Of a stretch of 64,000 nt of DNA, positions 23,309 to 31,783 are shown in pieces. The stretch is from an uncultured Lachnospiraceae bacterium (GTDB lineage: Bacteria; Bacillota; Clostridia; Lachnospirales; Lachnospiraceae): positions 4,280 through 68,279 of the forward strand of contig CAMNAQ010000002.1 of NCBI GenBank assembly GCA_946531495.1. The letters are read 5' to 3'. Position numbers and translations under genes: made by a program. Numbering within the stretch: position 1 is the stretch's first letter; every line of letters starts with the position of its first letter. The notes below the pieces were generated by a model. It searched no databases. It was not told the DNA's origin and saw only the letters and a program-made list of their open reading frames with translations.

Positions 23309-23824
23309 ATGGATGCATATGTAATGCTTGCGAAAAATACGATCGATAAGTATGTAAGAGAAGGCAGTGTCTATACTCCGGGAAACGAGGAGCTCATTGA
23401 GGAGATGACTTCAAAAAGAGCAGGGGCATTTGTCTCAATACATAAAAAGGGTGAACTAAGAGGTTGTATCGGAACCATAGGCCCCACAAAGGAAAATCTT
23501 GCATTGGAGATCATAGGCAATGCGATAGCTGCCTCAACAAGGGATCCCAGATTTCCTGCGATCACCGCGGATGAACTTGGTGATCTTGAGATCAATGTGG
23601 ATGTGCTCGGGGAGCCTGAAGCCATTGATTCACCTGATATGCTGGATGTAAAGAGGTACGGTGTTATTGTGGAAAAGGGATATCGCCGCGGACTTCTTCT
23701 TCCCGACCTTGACGGAGTGGATACCGTGGAGTATCAGATTGCCATTGCAAAGCAGAAGGCCGGAATAGACTTTGATGAGAAGGGAGTACAGCTTTACCGT
23801 TTCGAGGTAGTGCGCCATGAGTAA
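23309..23824 (+). CDS. AmmeMemoRadiSam system protein A (AMMECR1 domain)
   Basis: GAFVSI, LRGCIGT, DPRFP, GLLLP; AAGGAGG RBS. Confidence 0.92.
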   Translation: MDAYVMLAKNTIDKYVREGSVYTPGNEELIEEMTSKRAGAFVSIHKKGELRGCIGTIGPTKENLALEIIGNAIAASTRDPRFPAITADELGDLEINVDVLGEPEAIDSPDMLDVKRYGVIVEKGYRRGLLLPDLDGVDTVEYQIAIAKQKAGIDFDEKGVQLYRFEVVRHE

Positions 23825-24650
23825 GCAGATCATCTGTCAGGTATGTCCCCATCACTGCAGACTTGAAGAGGGCAAGCTCGGAAGATGTCATGCAAGATGT
23901 GGAAAAGGTGACACTACTGTCAGTGTTAATTATGGGAAGATAACATCGGTAGCACTGGACCCCATCGAAAAAAAGCCTCTTGCGTTCTTCCATCCGGGAA
24001 GCTTTGTACTGTCCGTAGGAAGCTTTGGCTGTAACATGTCCTGTCCATTTTGCCAGAACTATGATATTTCCACTGTGGGAGAAGATTTTTTCAGGAAGCT
24101 GTATCATCTTCCACCGGAAGAGCTCGTGACCCTTGCAGCGGACCATATTTCGGAAGGAAATATTGGAGTCGCATATACATACAACGAAGCAATGGTGGGA
24201 TATGAATACGTAAGGGACTGTGCAAAGCTTGTACACGAAAGCGGGATGAAGAATGTTCTTGTCACAAACGGGATGGCAGAGCTACCCGTTCTCGGGGAGG
24301 TACTTCCATACATCGATGCGATGAACATAGATCTCAAGGCTTTCACGGAGGAAGCATATAAAAAGCTTGGCGGGGATCTGAATACGGTGAAGAGATTCAT
24401 TTCGTGCAGTGCGGAGGAATCACATATAGAGATCACTTCTCTTATCGTTCCCGGGATAAATGATTCACCGGAGGAAATGGAGAAGGAAGCTGCATGGATC
24501 GCTGAGATAAGTCCGGACATACCTCTTCATATCACAAGATATTTTCCAAGATATAAGATGTCGGAAAAGGCAACGGATACAGATCTTATGAATAAACTCA
24601 GATCGGTTGCGGAAAAATATTTAAACAGAGTGCTTTTGGGAAACGTATAA
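23817..24650 (+). CDS. AmmeMemoRadiSam radical SAM enzyme
   Basis: CQVCPHHC N-terminal motif, DPIEKKPL, GCNMSCPFCQN (CxxxCxxC). Confidence 0.92.
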   Translation: MSKQIICQVCPHHCRLEEGKLGRCHARCGKGDTTVSVNYGKITSVALDPIEKKPLAFFHPGSFVLSVGSFGCNMSCPFCQNYDISTVGEDFFRKLYHLPPEELVTLAADHISEGNIGVAYTYNEAMVGYEYVRDCAKLVHESGMKNVLVTNGMAELPVLGEVLPYIDAMNIDLKAFTEEAYKKLGGDLNTVKRFISCSAEESHIEITSLIVPGINDSPEEMEKEAAWIAEISPDIPLHITRYFPRYKMSEKATDTDLMNKLRSVAEKYLNRVLLGNV

Positions 24651-24726
24651 AACCGGTAAATGCTGAAAATATTTTAAAGGAGCACCGGAAAAAAAACGGA
24701 ACAATGAGTATTTACGGAGATCACAG

Positions 24727-25605
24727 ATGAAATACAGCGAAGAACTAAGACGCAATTCCATAATTAACAGAGAAGAACTCGATCTCTACATTCAGCGCAA
24801 CTACGTTGAAGCTGATATGATGAACGGTGCAATGTCTGCTGAGACAGGATCCTTTAGCGCAAAAGAATATCTGCCCCGGGAAGACGGATCAGTTGATCAG
24901 AAATCTGCCAGACCATCAAAAAAGCCGGGGCTGCTTGAAAGTATCTCCGGAAAGATAGTCTGTGGAGCAGGTAAAAATGCAATATGCGAATCAATGCCTG
25001 CAGAAGAAACGAGCGCAGAAGCATCCGAAGATGCGGAAGATGGCTCAGTCTCGCTACCTGCAGAAAGCCCCGCGCACATATATGCGAAAAAATGTAAAAC
25101 AGAGCCTGCAAAAAAACGTGCAGGCTCTGCTAAGAAAAAGCAGGAGGTATTTCCTGAGGATACCCTTGAAGAAGAGATATACGAAGATTCCTGCGAAGAG
25201 GGTAGCGATTTTTATGACTACGACGAGGATCTGTACAGTAAGCTAACAGAGAGAGTAGGTCATGTGGAGGACTCATTCTCCGATTATCTACTCTTCCTTA
25301 TAGGCTCAAAGGGATTGAGTAATGCCGATGTCTACAAGCGTGCGCTTGTTGATAAAAAGGTCTTCTCCAAGATCAAGAATAATCCTGATTATCATCCCCA
25401 GAAGCTTACGGCAATGTGTCTGTGCATAGGTGCGATGCTCAATCTTGATGAATCCAGGGATCTGCTTGCAAGGGCAGGATATGCCCTGTCTCCCAGCGAT
25501 AAGACGGATATCATCTTTTCATATTTTATAGAAAATGGGATCTATGACATGATCGAGCTTGATATTCAGCTTGAGGAGCATGGACTCGAATGCATAATAG
25601 CTTAG
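24727..25605 (+). CDS. Protein with low-complexity linker and C-terminal XRE-like HTH domain
   Basis: C-terminal SFSDYL...DVYKRALVDKKVFSKIK...LLARAGYALS...DIIFSYFI pattern. Confidence 0.7.
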   Translation: MKYSEELRRNSIINREELDLYIQRNYVEADMMNGAMSAETGSFSAKEYLPREDGSVDQKSARPSKKPGLLESISGKIVCGAGKNAICESMPAEETSAEASEDAEDGSVSLPAESPAHIYAKKCKTEPAKKRAGSAKKKQEVFPEDTLEEEIYEDSCEEGSDFYDYDEDLYSKLTERVGHVEDSFSDYLLFLIGSKGLSNADVYKRALVDKKVFSKIKNNPDYHPQKLTAMCLCIGAMLNLDESRDLLARAGYALSPSDKTDIIFSYFIENGIYDMIELDIQLEEHGLECIIA

Positions 25606-25606
25606 A

Positions 25607-26269
25607 TCATCCGCGATTGGCGTAGTCTTCCCTTATTGCCGCACAGCACGCCATCTTTGCTTTCTTTGCTTCACTGCGGCTCTTTGATCTTCTTACGCTT
25701 CCGATGATATTTGACATTACGTCGAAGTTCAGAGCGGTACCTGCTTCGTCGCAGACATAGTCGCAAGCATCATCCCTGCTTATACCCATCCTTCCTGCAA
25801 CTTCGATTGCATCGATGTTGGCCCCCAGGAAAAGGAACTCCCATCCGTCCTTTTCCTGTTTTTTGGACAGGAGCTTTTTGATCTTGTCATAACTGAATTC
25901 ACGGCTGGAATTTTCAAGTCCGTCAGTTGTAATGATAAAAAGTGTCTTCTCGGGTATGTCTTCCTTCCTTGCATACCTGTGGATATCCGATATGTGATTT
26001 ACGGTTGTTCCGATGGCATCCAGAAGTGCGGTACATCCCCTTGTATAGTACTGGGATTCGTTCATGGGCTCTACTTTTCCGATCTCGATACGGTCATGAA
26101 GAGTTTCAATCTTATCATCGAAGAGAACTGTTGTGATAAGAGCTTCTCCTTCTTCTTTTTTCTGCTTGGAGATCATTGAATTGAAACCGCCGATGGTGTC
26201 GGATTCGAGACCGCTCATGGATCCGCTTCTGTCAAGGATAAATACAACTTCTGTTAAATTTTTTTTCAT
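25607..26269 (-). CDS. von Willebrand factor A domain protein
   Basis: MIDAS DRSGS, TALLDAIG, TTDGLENSS, FLFLGAN. Confidence 0.9.
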   Translation of the reverse strand: MKKNLTEVVFILDRSGSMSGLESDTIGGFNSMISKQKKEEGEALITTVLFDDKIETLHDRIEIGKVEPMNESQYYTRGCTALLDAIGTTVNHISDIHRYARKEDIPEKTLFIITTDGLENSSREFSYDKIKKLLSKKQEKDGWEFLFLGANIDAIEVAGRMGISRDDACDYVCDEAGTALNFDVMSNIIGSVRRSKSRSEAKKAKMACCAAIREDYANRG

Positions 26270-26547
26270 ATTAAGATCCTCCGATATTTTGTTTTGCTTT
26301 TTGGGGAAGAGATATTTACCTGTCCTTCCCGGTTACGAGCACATTGTATCGAAAAAAATTTTTTCACAGGTCTCCCGGAAGGCGACCTTTATATATTTGT
26401 GAAAATACAGTAGAATTTTATCTGTTAAAAGACACTTGCCGTATTCGTGTACATTTGAAACGAACCGGTGAAAATATGTGTGAATAGATCCAAAGGGCTG
26501 CGTGGAAAATGCAGACAGGTTTATCTTAAGTGACTGAAAGCACCGGA

Positions 26548-27066
26548 ATGAAAAGAAATATCGTCTGTTTTATAACAGAATATCTGCTTTTATTTGGGCT
26601 GGCTTCATTCATTGGCTGGCTTTATGAGATCATATGTGTCTGGGTACTGTTTAGGACATATTATGACAGAGGAATATTATATATACCGATATGTCCGATT
26701 TACGGTTTTGGAATTTTGATACTTATATTCCTGTTCAGAAATATAAAAAATCCGATAGGCCTGTTTATAGGAAGTGCTTATGTAACTACGGCGGTAGAGC
26801 TGATTTCCTCTTATGTACTTGAATATCGGTTTAACATGGTGTTATGGACATATGAAGGCTGGCCTTTTTCGTTTCAAAACCGAATTTCAGCGGTAAGCAG
26901 CTGTCTGTTTGGACTAATGGCAGTGATGTTCATAAAGCTGATAAAGCCACCTTTTGACAGACTGTTTTCTTCTGAATACAGATGGATCGGGGTGGGAGCG
27001 GTATGGATAATTACTTTGATATGTGTGCTCATTGAAGCCGGATACAGAAGGAGTGCCGGAATATAA
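26548..27066 (+). CDS. Putative ABC-transporter permease-like membrane protein (DUF1113/CmpB type)
   Basis: SFIGWLYE...RG.LY.PICPIYGFG...LWTY motif. Confidence 0.75.
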   Translation: MKRNIVCFITEYLLLFGLASFIGWLYEIICVWVLFRTYYDRGILYIPICPIYGFGILILIFLFRNIKNPIGLFIGSAYVTTAVELISSYVLEYRFNMVLWTYEGWPFSFQNRISAVSSCLFGLMAVMFIKLIKPPFDRLFSSEYRWIGVGAVWIITLICVLIEAGYRRSAGI

Positions 27067-27223
27067 GATATTTTTCCGGTATAAGGTCTGTTTTCATTGA
27101 GAAGACAGACGGTTTCGGATAAAATCAGTTTAGAGTGTTTTTACGGTAAATAATGAGAAAGGATACTTGCGTAATATCCGGGAGACGAAAAAACGGATAA
27201 GGACGTAAGCTGCTTGCTGTATC

Positions 27224-27892
27224 ATGACTGAGAAAAACAAAAAAACCGCAGCGGAGTATTCATATATACTATTTGATCTGGATGGGACCCTGACGGATTC
27301 CGGCCCGGGTATCATGAACGGATATGAATATGCTCTTGGAAGGATGGGAGTGGAAATCCCGGACAGAGCGTTCCTCAGGCAGTTTGTGGGACCTCCTCTT
27401 GGAGAATCATGGGAGAAGAAACTCGGTTTTTCTCCCGAAGACGTGCAAAGAGGAATTGCTTTTTACAGAGAGTATTATGCTGAAAAAGGCGTATATGAAA
27501 ATGAGGTTTATCCGGGAGTAAAAGATCTTCTTTCCGACCTTAGATCATGCGGCAAGAAAATGTATATTGCCACAACAAAAGCGGAACCGATGGCTAAGGT
27601 TGTGGTGGATCATTTCGGACTTGCGGAGTTTTTTGAAGAGGTTGTGGCATCGACCTCCGACAGGAAGACAAAGATAGATGTCCTTAGGTATGTTACAGAA
27701 AAATGCGGCATTGCGGATCTCTCAAAGACTGTGATGGTGGGAGACCGGCATTACGATATAACGGGGGCCGGGCATTTTGGTCTGGATTCTGTAGGTGTGC
27801 TGTACGGCTACGGAGACAGAATGGAGCTGGAGGAAGCCGGAGCAACATACATAGCTGAGACGGTTCCTGACATCGGAAGGTTCATAATGTGA
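27224..27892 (+). CDS. HAD-family hydrolase (phosphoglycolate phosphatase/5'-nucleotidase-like)
   Basis: FDLDGTLTDS motif I, ATTK, MVGDRHYD. Confidence 0.9.
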   Translation: MTEKNKKTAAEYSYILFDLDGTLTDSGPGIMNGYEYALGRMGVEIPDRAFLRQFVGPPLGESWEKKLGFSPEDVQRGIAFYREYYAEKGVYENEVYPGVKDLLSDLRSCGKKMYIATTKAEPMAKVVVDHFGLAEFFEEVVASTSDRKTKIDVLRYVTEKCGIADLSKTVMVGDRHYDITGAGHFGLDSVGVLYGYGDRMELEEAGATYIAETVPDIGRFIM

Positions 27893-27976
27893 TATTTTAC
27901 ATATGATATAACATTTTAAGACAAGTCTTATTCGGATAGAAGAAGCTTATCAGTTTTCCGTAAAGGAGGGCAGATC

Positions 27977-28396
27977 ATGGAGGGCAATACAAAGACTCAG
28001 GTAATACAGGCTATCAATGCGGCAAACGGTGCATTGAGTGATCTGTATGAGGTAAACAGGTATATTGAAAATTCACAAAAGACCGCTCCGGAGAGTGTGC
28101 CCACAAAGCAGGACTTTATGGCAGGACAGACCCCGCGCGAGATGACAGATATGGCCAATAATCTTCTCGGAAGCGCCGGTTTTAAAATTGAAAGGCTTAA
28201 CAAGGAGCTGCGGGATATTCCCGAAAATCTGAGAAACGGTATGGGAATATCATCGGTAAAAACTGATGCATCAACCGTTTTCAAGATAAATCCCATGAAG
28301 CTTAAGGAAGCAAAAGCATCAACAGATACTCTTATCGAACAGATAGAGATCATAAGAGATTATCTTAACGGTAAACTTGCAAATCCCGATGAATGA
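27977..28396 (+). CDS. Hypothetical helical protein (paralog of 30091)
   Basis: AAGGAGG RBS; shares terminal motifs with 30091-30543. Confidence 0.7.
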   Translation: MEGNTKTQVIQAINAANGALSDLYEVNRYIENSQKTAPESVPTKQDFMAGQTPREMTDMANNLLGSAGFKIERLNKELRDIPENLRNGMGISSVKTDASTVFKINPMKLKEAKASTDTLIEQIEIIRDYLNGKLANPDE

Positions 28397-28408
28397 GACT
28401 GGTGCATA

Positions 28409-28630
28409 ATGAACAGTGAATTTTTATATAAGCTGTATGTTTGTTTTTTCTCTGCGATCATTCTGGTGGAATTATATTCCATAATCGGATGGATCGTTGT
28501 CCTGATCACGGACCGCAGTAATATCAAAAAAAGAAAAAAATATGCATATATCATGCTTGTATGTATTTTGATACTTATGTGTGTCGGTATTCTCAGTGTT
28601 GCCAGGGCACTGATCAGAGCAGGGGCGTAA
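28409..28630 (+). CDS. Small two-TM hypothetical protein
   Basis: 73 aa, two hydrophobic helices around a basic KKRKK loop; operon-like spacing. Confidence 0.5.
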   Translation: MNSEFLYKLYVCFFSAIILVELYSIIGWIVVLITDRSNIKKRKKYAYIMLVCILILMCVGILSVARALIRAGA

Positions 28631-28655
28631 ACAGTATAAACTCCGGGGGGAGATT

Positions 28656-30011
28656 ATGACTTATAGAGAGATTTTTTCTGAGATATATATAAATAATAAG
28701 AGATTTATCCTCTTTTGCATTACCGTGTGTCTCGTCTTTTCGATGCTATGTTATGGAGGTTCGTTTGCCACAAATGCCGACGATATGAGCGGAACGGAGA
28801 TAGCAGTAAGTTTCGGAGGAAGCTTTGGTAAGATAGTTGCTCCTGTCATCAGTGTCGGATACATCGGCGGGATCGATACATCCTGGACAATGGTGATATT
28901 AAGTGCAACCTCCCTTTTGGCAAAAGCAGGTCATAATATCGGGATCAGACAGCTGGAGATATTGGATGGTTTTTCATACGGAGTTTTTGAAAATACATTC
29001 ATAAGTGTATTCCTGCTTGCATGGTTCGGGCTTCCGCTTATCATGAAGGCTATGGGGAAAACCCAGGTACTTGGTATCGCAATTGAAAATATGAAGAAGA
29101 TGAACGGAGTGCTTATTGCCTTCATATCCATGTCGATGATGATCTCCAATACAACCACCATGGTCAAGGTCCGTGCAGCATCCGGTGCAGCATCTGTACT
29201 CAAAAGCAGTGTTAACTTTTTAGTGTGCTTTGCAGTACTGATCGTTACGCTGATGGTTTATTTTCTTGTAAGATATTTATTTGCTTTTATCGATATAGTC
29301 ATGATCCCTGTCTGTGCAATTGTTCCTTTTGCTTCTGCATTTATGGTCATGGCAAAGCTTGCCGGAATAGTTCTCATGATACTTATGGCAAAATATGTTC
29401 CCTGGATGTATTTTGTGGTTGCGGCAATAATCATACTCATTTCAGCTCTTATGTTCAGAACTGCATATATGGCGATCAGATATTTTGAGAACATTTATGC
29501 AAAGCCTCTTGTAAGAAGGATATTTAAAGGCTTCGATCCAAATATACCTCTGATCACACCGAAAGTTCCGAAACCCATCGGAGATTATTTAAGCGGCCGT
29601 AATATCCAAATGCTCATTCCCGTATATCTGCTCATTCCCATACCGAATGTCAAGGCTATGCACAAGTGGGAAAGATGGTGGATGGTTACAGAAAATGGCA
29701 GGACATATATGGTGAAAAAGAATCTGTTTGATAAAGAGTGTGTGCAGATTCCTCTTGAGCATACACCTGCGCAGAAGATGTTTATAAACAGTTTCCTTAC
29801 ATATCATGAGGTTTTCAACATTTACGGTTCGGAGGAAAACATCGTTAAGAAGATTAAAAGGGTTCCGAAATATTCCCATATCGTATTCAGCAGGGAATAC
29901 AGCTCCAGATATAATGAAATACTGACTCTTACAGGCTTTGTGGATTATAAGCAGTACAAGGATTATCTTACAAACATGGCCTGTGGTAATTTCCAGCAGA
30001 TACCTCGGTGA
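28656..30011 (+). CDS. Hypothetical polytopic membrane protein
   Basis: 451 aa, multiple TM segments plus a soluble C-terminal domain; GGGAG RBS. Confidence 0.75.
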   Translation: MTYREIFSEIYINNKRFILFCITVCLVFSMLCYGGSFATNADDMSGTEIAVSFGGSFGKIVAPVISVGYIGGIDTSWTMVILSATSLLAKAGHNIGIRQLEILDGFSYGVFENTFISVFLLAWFGLPLIMKAMGKTQVLGIAIENMKKMNGVLIAFISMSMMISNTTTMVKVRAASGAASVLKSSVNFLVCFAVLIVTLMVYFLVRYLFAFIDIVMIPVCAIVPFASAFMVMAKLAGIVLMILMAKYVPWMYFVVAAIIILISALMFRTAYMAIRYFENIYAKPLVRRIFKGFDPNIPLITPKVPKPIGDYLSGRNIQMLIPVYLLIPIPNVKAMHKWERWWMVTENGRTYMVKKNLFDKECVQIPLEHTPAQKMFINSFLTYHEVFNIYGSEENIVKKIKRVPKYSHIVFSREYSSRYNEILTLTGFVDYKQYKDYLTNMACGNFQQIPR

Positions 30012-30090
30012 AAATCAAAATTATACAGCGATGACATATGCTTATCTTTGGCGGGACACAGTACCTGTGATAATTCAATGAGGAGGGAAT

Positions 30091-30543
30091 ATGACCGAGA
30101 ATGCAAAAAAGCAGATCGAAGAAGCAATAGCTGCAGCGGACGAAGCTCTTGAGAATCTCTATGAAGTCAGAAAATATCTCGGAAAATCCCGAAGACTCGG
30201 AATACTGGATTTTCTGGGAGGCGGTTTTATTATCAACCTGACCAAGCATAAAAGGATCGAGATGGCTAATGTCTATTTCCGTCAGGCTAAACCCGCAGTC
30301 AGAAAGTTCAATAAGGAGCTCCATGATATTCCAGGATTCCGCCAGGAAGAATTCGGCGGAGGGATGGTGTCTGCGGATTCGTCATGCAGTTCATTTATAC
30401 TGGATGTATGGACTAACAGCCTTGCGGGCGATTACATTGTTTGGGAAAGAATAAGGGAAGCAAGAAAAAGCAATGATGAGCTTATAGATCAGATAGAGAT
30501 GACAAGGGATATCCTTAAGGATAAACTGGTTAGTCATGATTGA
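30091..30543 (+). CDS. Hypothetical helical protein
   Basis: EEAIAAADEALENL...GILDFLGGG...KH pattern; GAGGAGG RBS. Confidence 0.75.
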   Translation: MTENAKKQIEEAIAAADEALENLYEVRKYLGKSRRLGILDFLGGGFIINLTKHKRIEMANVYFRQAKPAVRKFNKELHDIPGFRQEEFGGGMVSADSSCSSFILDVWTNSLAGDYIVWERIREARKSNDELIDQIEMTRDILKDKLVSHD

Positions 30544-30627
30544 TCAATAAACCGCACTCCCTTCTTTTTAGTGACATGATCAAAAGGCATGGGATACGGT
30601 CTGATAAACAGATTAAGCGAGGAAGTT

Positions 30628-31551
30628 ATGGAAGAAAAAACTTATCACAAAAATCCGATAATAAAGGATATGTACACTGCAGATCCTGCGCCGTCGGTAT
30701 TTGGAGATACACTGTATCTCTACACCACTCATGATGAGGATGAACTGAAGAACGATTTCTACACCATGTATGACTGGAGATGCTTCTCCACAACCGACAT
30801 GGTGAACTGGACCGACCACGGCAGGATCTTTTCCCTTGATGATATTGAGTGGGCTGACGACAGAGCATGGGCTCCCCAGGCTATCGAGAAGAACGGAAAA
30901 TATTATCTCTACTGCCCTGTTCATAAGAAGGACAGCGGAATGGCCATAGCGGTAGGTGTTTCCGATTCTCCGACAGGTCCTTTTAAGGATCTGGGACATC
31001 CTCTCGTTGATGAGGGCGACTGGAATGATATCGATCCCACGGTTTTTACCGATGATGACGGAAAGACATATCTGTACTTCGGAAATCCCGAGCTTCGCTA
31101 TGTGATTCTTAATGATGATATGGTCTCTTTTGACGAGAGTATCGGAATAGTTAAGATCCCCATGACCGTTGAATCCTTCGGAAAGGGAAGCCATATGACC
31201 GGAACCACATACGGTGAAGGCCCCTGGTTCTATAAGAGAAACGGATTATACTACATGGTATTTGCAGGCTTTGCAGAGGGAGAACACCGCAATGAGCATT
31301 TCGGATATTCAACCTCAGAATCGCCCACAGGTCCCTGGAATTATCAGGGTGTGCTGATGGAAGAGGGACCATGCTTTACCAATCATCCCGGAATATGCGA
31401 TTACAAGGGACATTCCTATCTCTTCTATCATACCGATGAACTTCCGGGCGGAAGCCTTTTCCACAGAAGCGTATGCGTTGCGGAATTCAAATATAATGAA
31501 GACGGCACCATGGACACCATCTCAAAGTGCGACGGAGTGGAGAAGATCTGA
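30628..31551 (+). CDS. Glycoside hydrolase family 43 (arabinofuranosidase/xylosidase-like)
   Basis: TADPAP, WAP, IDPTVF, EGPW, TNHPG motifs; no signal peptide. Confidence 0.9.
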   Translation: MEEKTYHKNPIIKDMYTADPAPSVFGDTLYLYTTHDEDELKNDFYTMYDWRCFSTTDMVNWTDHGRIFSLDDIEWADDRAWAPQAIEKNGKYYLYCPVHKKDSGMAIAVGVSDSPTGPFKDLGHPLVDEGDWNDIDPTVFTDDDGKTYLYFGNPELRYVILNDDMVSFDESIGIVKIPMTVESFGKGSHMTGTTYGEGPWFYKRNGLYYMVFAGFAEGEHRNEHFGYSTSESPTGPWNYQGVLMEEGPCFTNHPGICDYKGHSYLFYHTDELPGGSLFHRSVCVAEFKYNEDGTMDTISKCDGVEKI

Positions 31552-31571
31552 CGCATATGTCATATTTTTGG

Positions 31572-31637
31572 GTAAACAGGGGGACGGTTCCTGCGTTCAC
31601 AAACTTTTGTGAACGCAGGAACCGTCCCCCTGTTTAC
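31572..31637. repeat. Perfect 32-bp inverted repeat, second copy of the REP-like family
   Basis: GTAAACAGGGGGACGGTTCCTGCGTTCACAAA-CT-TTTGTGAACGCAGGAACCGTCCCCCTGTTTAC. Confidence 0.9.
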
Positions 31638-31648
31638 ATTTTTGCAAT

Positions 31649-31682
31649 TCACCACAGATTTGATACATCTCGCCACAGATTT
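31649..31682 (+). promoter_or_regulatory. Putative LytTR-type direct-repeat operator
   Basis: TCACCACAGATTT (31649) and TCGCCACAGATTT (31670), 21 bp apart, upstream of a TGATAGTAT -10-like element. Confidence 0.6.
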
Positions 31683-31783
31683 CACACGGGACCATGGATC
31701 GATGATAGTATGTGAACATCAAAAGTGACTGCTCATGTTTATATGCCTGATAACGGAGCGGCACAGGTAAATGAGGAGGAAGT

